Assembly (NCBI GenBank): GCA_963823035.1
Contig: CAWGKG010000020.1
Coordinates: forward strand, 160,001-224,000
DNA: 64,000 nucleotides
DNA from: an uncultured Gemmatimonadales bacterium
GTDB lineage: Bacteria > Gemmatimonadota > Gemmatimonadetes > Longimicrobiales > Gaopeijiaceae
Direction of reading: 5' to 3'
The position numbers and the translations under genes were made by a program. The notes under the pieces were generated by a model. It was not told where the DNA came from and searched no databases. It saw only the letters and a program-made list of their open reading frames with translations. Below are positions 41,311 to 51,789 of this stretch, one piece after another; within the stretch, counting starts at the first letter, position 1, and the number at the start of each line of letters is the position of its first letter.

Positions 41311-44300
41311 GTAAGGAGAAAGGGGCCGGCGAGGGCCCCAGGTTCCCAGGCATCCTGACCGCCACGGACGGTACCGGGGCGGTGGTGCATGCCGAGACGA
41401 ACGCCAGCGATGCCGCCGGCGCCTACCCGATCACGCCGTCGACGCAGATGGGCGAAGGTTGGGCGGCGGCGCACGCGTCCGGGAAGCTCAACGTCAACGG
41501 CCGTCGGCTGCTCTTCTTCGAGCCCGAGGGTGAGCACGCCGCCGCCGCCGTGACCGCGGGGATGAGCATGACCGGGCTGCGCGCGACGAACTTCTCGAGC
41601 GGGCAGGGCATCGCCTACATGCACGAGTCGCTGTACGCGGCCACCGGCAAGCGCCTCACCTACGTGCTGAACGTCGCGGCGCGCGCGATGACCAAGCACG
41701 CGCTCAACGTGCACGCCGGCCACGACGACTACCACGCCGTGGACGACACGGGCTTCTTCCAGCTCTTCGGGAAAGACGTACAGGAAGGCGGCGACTTCAC
41801 GGTCATCTCGCACCGCATTGCGGAGCTGTCGCTCAATCCGGGGCTGAACGCGCAGGACGGCTTCCTGACCAGCCACATGATCGAGACGGCGAGGCTGGCC
41901 GAGCCCGAGTTGATCCGCGAGTACCTGGGCGACCCGGCCGACATGATCACGTCGCCGACGCCGGCGCAGCGCCTGACCTTCGGCGAGAAGCGGCGCCGGA
42001 TCCCGGAGCTGTTCAGCGTCGACTATCCGGCGATGCTCGGCACGGTACAGAACCAGGACTCCTACGCCCAGGGCGTGGCGGCCCAGCGGCCGTTCTACTT
42101 CGACCACATCGCCACGCTCTCGGACCAGGCGTTCGCGGAGTTCGCCGCGCTGACCGGCCGCTCCTACGCACGCGCGATCGGCTACCTGACCGACGACGCC
42201 GACTGGATCCTCGCGGGGCAGGGCTCCGTGGTCCCCAACCTCGAGGTCGTGGCGGAATACCTGCGCAAGACGCGCGGCCTGAAGGTCGGCGTGCTCAACG
42301 TGAGCATGTTCCGTCCCTTCCCGGCCGACCTGATCACGAAGATCGTGGCGGGCGCCAAGGGCGTGACGGTGTTGGAGCGCTGCGACCAGCCGCTCGCCGT
42401 CGACCCGCCGCTGCTGCGTGAGATCCGCGCTGCGATGACCCAGGGGATGGAGAATTGGCGGGTGGTGCATCCCACCGGCAACGGCCGCAAGAAGGCCGCG
42501 GCCGAGGCGGTCGCGCTCCCCTACCCGAAGCTCGCCCTGATCGATCCGGCCGCGATGCCGGACTTCTACTCGGCCGGCTTCGGCTTCGGTAGCCGCGACC
42601 TGCAGCCGGGCGACGTCATCGCCGCGGTCGACAACATGCTCCCCGAAGGGAAGCACAAGCGGCAGTTCTACCTCGGCATCGACTTCATCCGGAAGGGCAC
42701 GCGCCTGCCCAAGCTCCAGATCTGGCAGGAGCAGCTCCTCGACGCCTATCCGGATCTGGGCGACGCCGCGCTGGAGTCCGCGGGCGACCTGAACCTCCTC
42801 CCCGAGGGGTCGACCTCGCTGCGCATCCACTCGGTGGGCGGATGGGGCGCCATCACGATGGGCAAGAACATCGCGATGACGGCGTTCGAGCTGTTCGGCA
42901 TGAACGTGAAGGCGAACCCGAAGTACGGCTCCGAGAAGAAGGGCCAGCCCACCACCTTTTACGCCGTGCTGGCGCACGAGCCCATCAAGGTCAACGCCGA
43001 GCTGAAGCACGTGAACGTGGTCTTGTCGCCCGACGGCAACGTCTTCCGGCACTCCGACCCCCTCGCGGGGATGGAGGAGGGCGGCGTCTTCATCATCCAG
43101 AGCCACGAGTCGCCCGAGGAGCTGTGGAAGTCGCTTCCGGCCGAGGCGCGTCGCTTCATCCGTGACAAGAAGGTCCAGGTCTTCTGCCTCGACGCCTTCG
43201 GCATCGCGTCGGCCGAGGCTTCGGATGCCGAGCTGCGCTACCGCATGCAGGGCGTCGCCTTCCTGGGCGCCTTCTTCAAGTGCGCGCCGCTCGCGAAGAA
43301 CGAGGGGCTGGACGAGGCCGGCGTTTTCGAGGGCATCAAGGCCCAGATCGAGTCCAAGTTCGGCAAGCTCGGCCAGCGGGTGGTCGACGACAACATGCGC
43401 GTCATCCGCCGCGGCTTCGACGAGGTGACGGCCGTCCCGACGGACGTCGACCACGAAGCGGACGAGGCGAAGGCCGCGCCGGGGTCCCACATCCCGTCGC
43501 TGCTGAACACGCCCGATGCCGAGATGGGCATCGGCAACCAGGGACGTTTCTTCGAGCAGGTATGCGCGGTGTGCTCGATCGGCCAGGACGGGATCTCCGA
43601 TCCCTACGCGGCGCTGTCCGCGATCCCGGCCGCCACGAGCACCGTGCGCGACATGACGAACATCCGCTTCGAGGTCCCGGACTTCGTGGCGGACAAGTGC
43701 ACGGGGTGCAGCCAGTGCTGGGTGCAGTGCCCGGACGCGGCGATCCCCGGGCTCGTGCTCTCCGTGGAGGACCTGCTCGATACGGCGATCCGCACCACGG
43801 GGAACGGCAAGCCCAACGACCGCGTCAAGCAGATCGCGAAGCACCTCGCGAAGGAGTCCCGCAAGATCCTGAAGGGCGTGCCCTTCAAGACGTTCGGCGA
43901 GGTGGCCGCGTCCGCCTATGCGAACGTCGTCGGCAAGCTCGGATGGGACGCGGACCGGCGTGCGCAGCTCGACGAGGAGTGGTCGAGGGTCTTTCCCGTC
44001 CTCGCCGAGTTCCCGCTCGCCAAGACCACGCCCTTCTTCGATCTCCCCGACTCGAAGGAGAAGGACTCGGGCGGCCTGCTGGCCATCACGATCAACCCCG
44101 AGGCCTGCAAGGGCTGCAACATCTGCGTGGACGTGTGCCCCGAGCACGCTCTGATCACCGTCCAGCAGGACGAGGAGATCGTCGACAAGCTGCGCCGCAA
44201 CTGGAAGTTCTGGGAGCGGCTCCCCGACACCGACGACCGCTACATCAACGTCCGCGACATCGACGAGGGCATCGGTGTCCTGTCGTCGCTGCTCCTCAAG

Positions 44301-46424
44301 AAGGACAACTACCGCTCGATGGCGGGCGGCGACGGCGCGTGCATGGGGTGCGGCGAGAAGACCGCCGTGCACCTCGTGACCTCGACCGTCGAGGCGCTCA
44401 TGCAGCCGCGCGTCGACAAGGTCCTGAAGGAGATCGACCGCCTCATCGCCGAGTTGGATCGGCAGGCGCGCGAGCTCGTGGGCTCCGAGGCCGACCTCTC
44501 GAAGGCGGCGACCGGGTCCGGCGACGAGGTCGGCGTGAAGCTGCCCGCGGCCAAGAAGGCGCAGCTCGCGCTCCTCGAGAAGTCGAAGGCGGAGCTCGAG
44601 CACCTCAAGTGGCTGTATGTCCAGGGCCCGAGCGGCCGTGGACGGGTCAACCTGGGCATCACGAATTCCACGGGCTGCTCCTCCGTGTGGGCGAGCACGT
44701 ACCCGTACAACCCCTATCCCTTCCCCTGGGTGAACCACCTCTTCCAGGATGCCCCGTCGATCGCCATCGGCGTGTTCGAAGGGCACATGCGGAAGATGGG
44801 TGACGCCTTTCTGTCGCTGCGCAAGGCGCGCCAGCTCGTGGACGGCACGTACGACGCCGACGCGTTCCGCCGCCTCGCGGTGGAGTTCGACTGGCAGCAG
44901 TTCACCGACGAGGAGTTCCATCTGTGCCCGCCCATCCTGAGCATCGGGGGCGACGGCGCGATGATGGACATCGGCTTCCAGAACCTCTCCCGCCTCATGG
45001 CGAGCGGGAAGCCCATCCGGGTCATGGTACTGGACACGCAGGTCTACTCCAACACGGGCGGTCAGGCCTGCACCTCCGGGTTCACCGGGCAGGTCTCGGA
45101 CATGTCCGCGTGGGGGAAAGCGCATCACGGGAAGTCGGAGGTCCGTAAGGAACTGGCCTTCATCGCCATGGCCCACAGAGGCGTGTTCGTCCACCAGTCC
45201 TCTCAGGCCTCCGCTTCCCACCTCATCGAGGGCGTCATCAAGGGCCTCAACACCCGGCGCCCCTCCGTCTTCGTCGTCTACACACCGTGCCCGGTGGAGC
45301 ACGGCCTCGCGGACGACTGGGCTCCCACGGCGGCCAGGCTGGCGCTCGAGTCCCGGGCGTTCCCCTTCCTGACGTACGACCCCGACGCCGGGAAGGACGT
45401 GGCCGACTGCCTGTCGCTGTCCGGCAACCCCGGCCTCGACCAGGTCTGGCCGACCTACGAGCTCAAGTACGTGGACGACGACGGCAAGGACGCGTCCATG
45501 GAGCTGCCGCTCACGATCGCCGACTGGGCCGCCACCGAGGTCCGTTTCCGGAAGAACTTCTCGGAGCTCGCGCCCGAGAAGGTGGACGACTCGTTCGTCC
45601 CCTTCCACGAGCTGGCGCTCATGCCTCCCGAGGAGCGGGCGGGGAAGAAGGCGTTCATCTGGACGCTCACCGACGACCGGAAGCTCAAGCGCCTCCAGGT
45701 GGGCAACGAGATGATCCTGCTGGCCGACGACCGGCTCATGTTCTGGCACCAGCTCAAGGAGCTGGCCGGGCTCGACGTCCCCGAGTCGGTGCACGACACG
45801 CTCTCCGGCGAGATGGAGGCCGAGTTCGAGAAGAAGTCGAAGGCGCTCGAGCAGGAGTACGAGGCCAAGCTCGCCGAGCCTCAAGGCGACCTACCCGCGC
45901 GCGATCGCGCGGCGGATGGCCGAGAGCCTGCTCTAGATGGGCGACGGCCAGATGACGGTCGCGGACCTGCTCACGCGCGCCGAGTCGACGCGTGGCCTCG
46001 AGCCGATCGGGCCGATGGATGGCGTGGACTTCGGTGGGGGCGGCGTGGCTGCTCCGGCGAAGGCGCCCGTAGCCGACAAGGCGCCCTCGGGCGGGAACGG
46101 CGCGACGTCGCCGGCGCCCGCGGAGGAGGCGGCCGTGGCGGTGGCGGAGCCGGAAGGGAGGACGACGACAGCCTCGCGATGGAGGCCTACATCGAGACGC
46201 CGCGGTGCACCTCGTGCAACGACTGCACGAACCTCAACAGCCGCATGTTCGCCTACGACGACAACAAGCAGGCCTACATCAAGGACGTGCACGCGGGGAC
46301 GTTCGCGCAGCTCGTCCAGGCGGCCGAGAAGTGCCCGGCCGGCATCATCCACCCCGGGGACCCGACGAACCCGAAGGAGAAGGACCTGGAGAAGTGGGTG
46401 AAGCGGGCCGAGCCGTTCAACTGA
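41307..46424 (+). CDS. nifJ: Large single-chain pyruvate:ferredoxin/flavodoxin oxidoreductase with C-terminal ferredoxin domain
   Basis: YPITPS, GEHAAA, FRPFP, HSVGGWG, YGSEKKG, CTGCSQCWVQCP, CKGCNICVDVCP, GACMGCGE, TGCSSVW, GGDGAMMDIG...DTQVYSNTGGQ; C-terminal CTSCNDC...KCPAGII. Compensating indels near 45880 and 46155. Confidence 0.9.
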   Translation: MSKEKGAGEGPRFPGILTATDGTGAVVHAETNASDAAGAYPITPSTQMGEGWAAAHASGKLNVNGRRLLFFEPEGEHAAAAVTAGMSMTGLRATNFSSGQGIAYMHESLYAATGKRLTYVLNVAARAMTKHALNVHAGHDDYHAVDDTGFFQLFGKDVQEGGDFTVISHRIAELSLNPGLNAQDGFLTSHMIETARLAEPELIREYLGDPADMITSPTPAQRLTFGEKRRRIPELFSVDYPAMLGTVQNQDSYAQGVAAQRPFYFDHIATLSDQAFAEFAALTGRSYARAIGYLTDDADWILAGQGSVVPNLEVVAEYLRKTRGLKVGVLNVSMFRPFPADLITKIVAGAKGVTVLERCDQPLAVDPPLLREIRAAMTQGMENWRVVHPTGNGRKKAAAEAVALPYPKLALIDPAAMPDFYSAGFGFGSRDLQPGDVIAAVDNMLPEGKHKRQFYLGIDFIRKGTRLPKLQIWQEQLLDAYPDLGDAALESAGDLNLLPEGSTSLRIHSVGGWGAITMGKNIAMTAFELFGMNVKANPKYGSEKKGQPTTFYAVLAHEPIKVNAELKHVNVVLSPDGNVFRHSDPLAGMEEGGVFIIQSHESPEELWKSLPAEARRFIRDKKVQVFCLDAFGIASAEASDAELRYRMQGVAFLGAFFKCAPLAKNEGLDEAGVFEGIKAQIESKFGKLGQRVVDDNMRVIRRGFDEVTAVPTDVDHEADEAKAAPGSHIPSLLNTPDAEMGIGNQGRFFEQVCAVCSIGQDGISDPYAALSAIPAATSTVRDMTNIRFEVPDFVADKCTGCSQCWVQCPDAAIPGLVLSVEDLLDTAIRTTGNGKPNDRVKQIAKHLAKESRKILKGVPFKTFGEVAASAYANVVGKLGWDADRRAQLDEEWSRVFPVLAEFPLAKTTPFFDLPDSKEKDSGGLLAITINPEACKGCNICVDVCPEHALITVQQDEEIVDKLRRNWKFWERLPDTDDRYINVRDIDEGIGVLSSLLLKKDNYRSMAGGDGACMGCGEKTAVHLVTSTVEALMQPRVDKVLKEIDRLIAELDRQARELVGSEADLSKAATGSGDEVGVKLPAAKKAQLALLEKSKAELEHLKWLYVQGPSGRGRVNLGITNSTGCSSVWASTYPYNPYPFPWVNHLFQDAPSIAIGVFEGHMRKMGDAFLSLRKARQLVDGTYDADAFRRLAVEFDWQQFTDEEFHLCPPILSIGGDGAMMDIGFQNLSRLMASGKPIRVMVLDTQVYSNTGGQACTSGFTGQVSDMSAWGKAHHGKSEVRKELAFIAMAHRGVFVHQSSQASASHLIEGVIKGLNTRRPSVFVVYTPCPVEHGLADDWAPTAARLALESRAFPFLTYDPDAGKDVADCLSLSGNPGLDQVWPTYELKYVDDDGKDASMELPLTIADWAATEVRFRKNFSELAPEKVDDSFVPFHELALMPPEERAGKKAFIWTLTDDRKLKRLQVGNEMILLADDRLMFWHQLKELAGLDVPESVHDTLSGEMEAEFEKKSKALEQEYEAKLAEPQGDLPARDRAADGREPALDGRRPDDGRGPAHARRVDAWPRADRADGWRGLRWGRRGCSGEGARSRQGALGRERRDVAGARGGGGRGGGGAGREDDDSLAMEAYIETPRCTSCNDCTNLNSRMFAYDDNKQAYIKDVHAGTFAQLVQAAEKCPAGIIHPGDPTNPKEKDLEKWVKRAEPFN

Positions 46425-46456
46425 GCGGCTGACACGCCGAACCCATGGGAGCGGCA

Positions 46457-46491
46457 CGGCCGGGGGGTGGAGACATCCCCCGGCCGCTTTT
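46457..46491 (+). terminator. Rho-independent terminator
   Basis: CGGCCGGGGG...CCCCCGGCCG stem followed by CTTTT, between convergent genes. Confidence 0.75.
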
Positions 46492-46493
46492 CG

Positions 46494-47228
46494 TCAGTCC
46501 CCCGAAGCCTTCCCCGGATACCGCTGCGCGACGTCGCGCAGGAGCCGGTTCACGACGTTGGCCGACTCGGGGAAGAGGTATCGGTCGGACATGCGGTTGA
46601 GGGCCCGGCGGACGCCGGGGAACGCCCGCGCCACATCGCGGAAGAGGTCGCCCACGCCGAGCGCCTCTGCCTCGCGCGTCTCCGCCGCCATGCGGTAGCC
46701 GGTCGCACCCATCCGCTCGTAGTAGGAGAGGGCGGGCGCGCCCTTCCTCTCGAGGCGACGCTCCAGGTAGTCGGGGAAGATCCCCGAGACCCAGAGGGAA
46801 TAGTTGCCGAGGTGGCAACGGAGGAGGAAGGCGTTCCTGCCGCCCTCACCGTCCGCCCGGGAGACGATGTCGACGAGGTAGTGGAACTCCTCGTCGGCGC
46901 GGTCCGAGATCCGGTACGCGCGAGAGCCGCACCCGAAGCGCACCACGAGCGTGGCGATGTAGTCCGCCATCGCGCGGTCGTCGATGGCGCTCTCGAGCAG
47001 GGCGTGGCGTACCAGGACGTAGGCGAGGACCTCCGGTGACGCCGCCGCGTGGGGATCGGTCAAGAGGGCGTTGAGTACCCGCGGATCGTCGAGGATCGCG
47101 TCGATCCCGTTCTCCTCCAGACGCCGGAGGGCCGCCTGCTCGGTTTCGGGATCGCCACGGCCGATGAGGCGCACGAGGTGGCGCGCCTCCTGTCGGTCGA
47201 ACGACGCTCGGATCGTCGGCAAGATCAT
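46494..47228 (-). CDS. Conserved-looking hypothetical protein
   Basis: Intact 244-aa ORF (HLGNYSLWVSGIFPD, YYERMGATGY) with good codon bias; no family recognised. Confidence 0.75.
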   Translation of the reverse strand: MILPTIRASFDRQEARHLVRLIGRGDPETEQAALRRLEENGIDAILDDPRVLNALLTDPHAAASPEVLAYVLVRHALLESAIDDRAMADYIATLVVRFGCGSRAYRISDRADEEFHYLVDIVSRADGEGGRNAFLLRCHLGNYSLWVSGIFPDYLERRLERKGAPALSYYERMGATGYRMAAETREAEALGVGDLFRDVARAFPGVRRALNRMSDRYLFPESANVVNRLLRDVAQRYPGKASGD

Positions 47229-47380
47229 CGCGGACCTCCCCCTCTGCTCCTGGTCGGCACGTGCGCTCGGGCGGGCAGGGCCCCGCCGCTTGCCTCCTCT
47301 TCAACCGTTGTTCGTGCCGAACGTCGAGGTCAAGCGTCCCGTGGCCGGCCGCGCCACGGGCGTGGACCCGGTGGAGGCCC

Positions 47381-47995
47381 CTAGCCGCTCCCCCGGCGCC
47401 GTGTGGGTGTTCGTGCCCTTCCGCGTGCTCGTCCTCGCCCTTCGTGCTCGTCGGCGCGCTCCTGCTCCTCGGCGTGCTCGGCGTACTCCGCGCGCCACTG
47501 GGCGTACCGGGCGGCGCTCATCCCGGGGAGCTGCTTCACGAAGGCGACGATGGCCCAGACGGTCTCCGCCGAGTGCGTGTCGCCGAAGCCGGGCATTCCG
47601 GTGAACTTGATCCCGTGGTCCACGATCCAGAACAGCTCGGCGTCGTCGGTCTCGGCGTCGTCCGCGCCCAGGTCCGGCGGCTCCGGATTCAACCCCTTCC
47701 CGATCGAGCCGCGCTCCACGCCGGGAGCCCCGTGGCAGGTCACGCACATCTCGTCGTACTCGCCGAACCCGTGCCGCAGGGCCTCGGGGTCGGTGGGCGC
47801 CACCCCCTCCACGGACGACGCGCGCGTCTCGACCGAGCGGTCCATCAGGGCGTGCAGCGCCCAGCGGGTGACGCCGGTGTGGGGGGAATCGGCGGCCACG
47901 TCGTAGGCGCCCGAGAAGAGGAAGGCGAGCGCCAGCACCAGGAGCGCGGCGACGGTTCCCAGCACCGACCAGACCACCACGGGGGCCTTCTTCAT
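47381..47995 (-). CDS. Membrane-anchored monoheme cytochrome c with acidic/His-rich tail
   Basis: N-terminal TM, CVTCHG, LNPEPPDL, HGIKFTGMP (axial Met); GGAGG RBS. Confidence 0.88.
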   Translation of the reverse strand: MKKAPVVVWSVLGTVAALLVLALAFLFSGAYDVAADSPHTGVTRWALHALMDRSVETRASSVEGVAPTDPEALRHGFGEYDEMCVTCHGAPGVERGSIGKGLNPEPPDLGADDAETDDAELFWIVDHGIKFTGMPGFGDTHSAETVWAIVAFVKQLPGMSAARYAQWRAEYAEHAEEQERADEHEGRGRARGRARTPTRRRGSG

Positions 47996-48255
47996 GCGTA
48001 CCTCCCTTCGGGGCAGGGCGCGCGGCTCTGCGGCCGCGTCCAGGAGGGGCGAGTGAGGCGCCGCCCCGTCGGCATCGTCTCGCATCGTGCCGTCGGAGGC
48101 AAGCGTGGGGACGGACGAGGCGTATCTGGGACTCGGCCGGCCTTGTGACGCGGACGCCGAGGTAGGAGGTTCGAGCGCGAACGCCCGGCCGCGTGCGTCG
48201 GCCGGGCCCGTCGTCGACCTTCTACCCGGGCCCGCCGCCCGCGTACGGACCCTCC

Positions 48256-49266
48256 ATGCGAGCACTGAAGAAGGCGCTGGGCCTCGCCGTCCTCGTCCTG
48301 GTCGCGGTCGCGCTGGTGCGGGTGGGGCAGGGAAGGCTCGCGATATCGCGCTTCGCGAACGCGCAGGCGGTGCTCGCGCCCCGGTCGGTGGAGGCGCTCG
48401 GGCCCCTCCCGGAGCAGCTCGTGGAGAGCTCGGGGCTGGGCGTGAGCCGATCCCACTCCGGGATCCTGTGGACGCACAACGACTCGGGCGACCGTCCACG
48501 CTTCTACGCGCTCGACATGTCCGCCCGCCTCGTCGCGACGTACGACGTCGCCGGCGCGTCGGCGCGCGACTGGGAGGACATGGCCGTGGCCGCCTGCCCG
48601 GAGGACGCCGGCACGGAGGGCTCCGAGGCCGCCGACTGCCTCTATCTGGCGGACACGGGGGACAACGGGCTGGAGCGCGACGTGCTCACCGTGTACGTGG
48701 TGCCCGAGCCCGACCCGACGGACTCGACGCGCACGGCGACCCCATTGGGAAGGCTCCGCTTCCGCTACCCGGACGGCCCCCACGACGTGGAAGGGGTGGC
48801 GGTGGCGCGGGAGGGTGACCTGGTCCTCGTCACGAAGGGGCGCACGCCCGACGTCCTGCTCTTCGACCTCCCGAGCCCGGACGTCGTGGCGGCCATGGAG
48901 GCCGACACGGTGGTCGAGCTCCCGGCCGGCCGGAGGCTCCCGATCGAGCCGAACTGGCAGATCGGACGCGTGGTCACCGGCGCCGCGCTCAGCCCCGACG
49001 GCGCGACGCTCGCCGTGCGCACCTACTCGGAGATCTGGTTCTTCCCCTGGCCGCTGCCGGCCGACCCGGGCGACGCCGCGACGTGCTTCCTGGGCGCGCT
49101 GGAGCCCTCCGGGGAAGCGGTCGACTGGGAGGACGCGACCACCCTCCTCCTGACGTCGGAGACCTCCGGAGGCCGGCAGGGACAGCTCACGCGCGTCCGA
49201 TGCGCGATGGACGGCGTCCTGAGCCCGACGCCCGCTGGCCTCGCTCTTGCATCCCGCCCGGCATGA
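48256..49266 (+). CDS. Exported beta-propeller-like hypothetical protein
   Basis: Signal/TM, ESSGL, WTHNDSG, DWEDMA, LADTGDN, DVEGVA, LAVRTY, GEAVDW repeat-like motifs. Confidence 0.7.
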   Translation: MRALKKALGLAVLVLVAVALVRVGQGRLAISRFANAQAVLAPRSVEALGPLPEQLVESSGLGVSRSHSGILWTHNDSGDRPRFYALDMSARLVATYDVAGASARDWEDMAVAACPEDAGTEGSEAADCLYLADTGDNGLERDVLTVYVVPEPDPTDSTRTATPLGRLRFRYPDGPHDVEGVAVAREGDLVLVTKGRTPDVLLFDLPSPDVVAAMEADTVVELPAGRRLPIEPNWQIGRVVTGAALSPDGATLAVRTYSEIWFFPWPLPADPGDAATCFLGALEPSGEAVDWEDATTLLLTSETSGGRQGQLTRVRCAMDGVLSPTPAGLALASRPA

Positions 49267-49341
49267 CCGCGGCGTGGCTCCGCCGCGGGGCGCGCGCACT
49301 CCGGGCGCGGTTCACTCCGGAGGATCCCGCGAGGAGGTACC

Positions 49342-49791
49342 ATGTTCAAGCTGCCCAGACGCTCGCTGCCGCTCGCCCTCGTGCCCGCCCTCTTCTGGGC
49401 GTTGGGCTCGAAACGGCCGGCGGAGCGGTTCACCGCCACCCTCGACGGATCGAGCGAGGTCCCGGCCGTACAGACGAAGGCCACCGGCTCGGCCACGGTC
49501 ACGATCGACGGTGACCACCTTACCTGGCACGTGGAGGTGACGGGGATCGACCACCCCACCATGGCGCACATCCACGGCGCGGCCGCGGGCGAGAACGGCG
49601 GCGTCCTGGTCCCCCTCTTCCGCGAGGACAAGGGCGCGGGCTTCTCCGGGGTGCTCACGGAGGGCAACACCACGGTGGAGGCCGACGTGATCGAGCAGAT
49701 CCGCGCCGGGAACGCCTACGTGAACGTGCACACCGCGGCGAATCCGCGCGGGGAGATCCGCGGCCAACTCACCCCCGATTCGGGTATGTGA
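49342..49791 (+). CDS. CHRD domain protein
   Basis: LDGSSEVP...ATG, AHIHG, AYVNVHTAANPRGEIRGQL. Confidence 0.92.
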   Translation: MFKLPRRSLPLALVPALFWALGSKRPAERFTATLDGSSEVPAVQTKATGSATVTIDGDHLTWHVEVTGIDHPTMAHIHGAAAGENGGVLVPLFREDKGAGFSGVLTEGNTTVEADVIEQIRAGNAYVNVHTAANPRGEIRGQLTPDSGM

Positions 49792-49825
49792 GCGTAGCGT
49801 CGCCGACGCGGCTCTCAGCGCCGCG

Positions 49826-51779
49826 CTAGTCGCAACTCAGGCACTTGTGGTTGTTCGTGGCGCCGAGGCTCTCCAGGAGCGCGATGGTCTCCGGGAAGGG
49901 CTGTACGCGCTGCTGCGGGCCGTTGGCCATGTCGACGGTGGTCTGGCCCGTGCGCGCCACGAGGGTGACGTCCGCGCCATGATCCACGAGGTACTGGATG
50001 ACCTCGTTGTCCCCGCGGGCCGCCGCGTGGTGCACCGGCGTGAAGCCCTGGAAGTCGCGGACGTTCACGTCGGCACCCAGCTCCTCGACCAGGTACTTCA
50101 CCGCGGGTAGCCAGCTGCCGGGCACGTGGCGGTGCGAGTTGCCGGCGCGCGCCTGTCCGTAGCCCACGCCCGTGGCTGCGTGGATCGGGTAGACACCGGG
50201 GCCGTAGACCGGGACCGGCGGAAGGCCGGACGGATCCGCCTCCTTCTTCTCTCCGTCGGGCCTGCCGAACCCGCCGCCTCCGCGCGCGCCTCCACGGCGG
50301 CGTGACGGAGGCTTCATCGTCGGGATACCGGGATCCGCCCCGTGGTCCACGAGCAACTGCATCGCGGGAACGTCCAGCGCGTAGGCGGCACGCCAGAAGG
50401 GCGTGGCGCCCATGAAGTCGACGCCCAGCAGATCGAAGTTGTAGGACGTGTACCAGGGGTGCTTCTTCAATCGGACGTTCACGTCGGCGCCCTTCTCGAT
50501 GAGCGCGGCCATGAGGTCGAGGTACGACGTCTCCTGCTGCTTGAAGGCGGTCGGCTGCGGGTAGAACGCCTTCGGCGCCCAGCGGTTGTTGAGCGCGGCG
50601 AAGAGCGGCGCCACGCCCGCGTCGCTCGCGAGGTTCGGGTCCGCCCCCTCCGAGAGGAAGACCATCGCCAGGTCGTAGTTGCCGTTGATCGTGGCGATGA
50701 GCAGCGGGGTGGTGTGGTCGCCCGCGGTGGGCTCGTTGACGTCCGCCCCGGCGGCGAGCAGCGCCTTCGCCTCCTCGAGGTGGCCGTCCCGTGCCGCGTA
50801 GTGCAGCGCGCTCATCCCGCCCTGGCGGCCCACCAGGTCGGCGTAGCCGAAGGGCTCGGGCTCGGGAGGCGCCGGGTTGGCCTCGGCGGCCTGCTCGGCC
50901 GGGGCCGCGGCGTCGCGCTTCCAGCTGGCGTCCTGGTCGAGCGGCTCCGCGGGCTTCGCGGCTCCTTCTTCGCGGCCTTCTCCGCGGGCTTCGCGCCCGC
51001 GGCCGGCGCCTCGTCGCGGCTCTGGAGCTGCGCGGCCGAGCGGTCCGCCACGGTCTCCGTGGCCCCTCCTCCTTCTCGTCGTCCTCCTCGGGCGGCAGCA
51101 GGCCCGCCGCCTCCTTCTTCGCCTGCATGAGCTTCTCGCGACGCTCCTGCAGGGGGATGTCCTCCTTGGCGCGCTCGGCGTAGTCGACCACGGTGGTCTC
51201 GAGCGTGACGTCGGCTCCGCGCTGGAGCAGCACCTTCAGGGCCTCGAGCCGGTTGTCGGCCACGGCGAAGATCAGGGGCGTCTGCCCCGCCGCGCTCTCC
51301 CGGGCGTTCACGTCGGCGCCGTGGTCGAGCAGCGCGGCGATCGCATCCGGATTGCCGGCGCCGGCCGCGAGGTGGAGCGCGGTCGCGCCGGTGCTCGTGC
51401 GCGCGTCCACGCGGCTGCCCGCCTCCAGGAGGGCACGCACCACCCCCTCGCGTCCGTTGCGGGCCGCGAGGTGGAGAGCCGTGTATCCGCCCAGGCGCGT
51501 CGTCGCTTCGAGGTTCGCGCCCGCGTAGGCCAGGACGCCCACCAGCGCCGGGTCGGCGTTGCGCGCCGCCCAGTGCAGGGCGGTCATGCCGTCCGCCTGT
51601 GCCGCGTTCACGTCGGCACCCTCGCGCAGGAGGCTCCGCACGGACGCCACGTCGTCCTTCTGTGCGGCGTCGGCAACGCGGGTGTCGCCCGGCGGCGCGG
51701 CCAGGAGCAAGGTCAGCGCGAGCGCGCTCCACGCGCTCGCTCGGAGTCGACCACCGGATCCATGCAGCATGGTGCTCAC
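49826..51779 (-). CDS. Exported ankyrin repeat protein; frameshifted
   Basis: GADVNAAQADGMTALHWAA, GYTALHLAA, TPLIFA, GATPFWRAA, GFTPVHHAA; low-complexity insert; ends HKCLSCD. Indels between about 50920 and 51060. Confidence 0.88.
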
Positions 51780-51789
51780 CCCCGTGCGC

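Noticed and set aside
41262..45884. 1540-aa antisense ORF opposite PFOR, and the many other long antisense/alternate ORFs
   Set aside because: Expected stop-codon scarcity in high-GC coding DNA; no motifs, composition typical of shadow frames.
45934..45936. Pyrrolysine or stop read-through at the in-frame TAG
   Set aside because: No pyl genes in the window and the position is a linker, not an active site; base-call error or a real stop is simpler.
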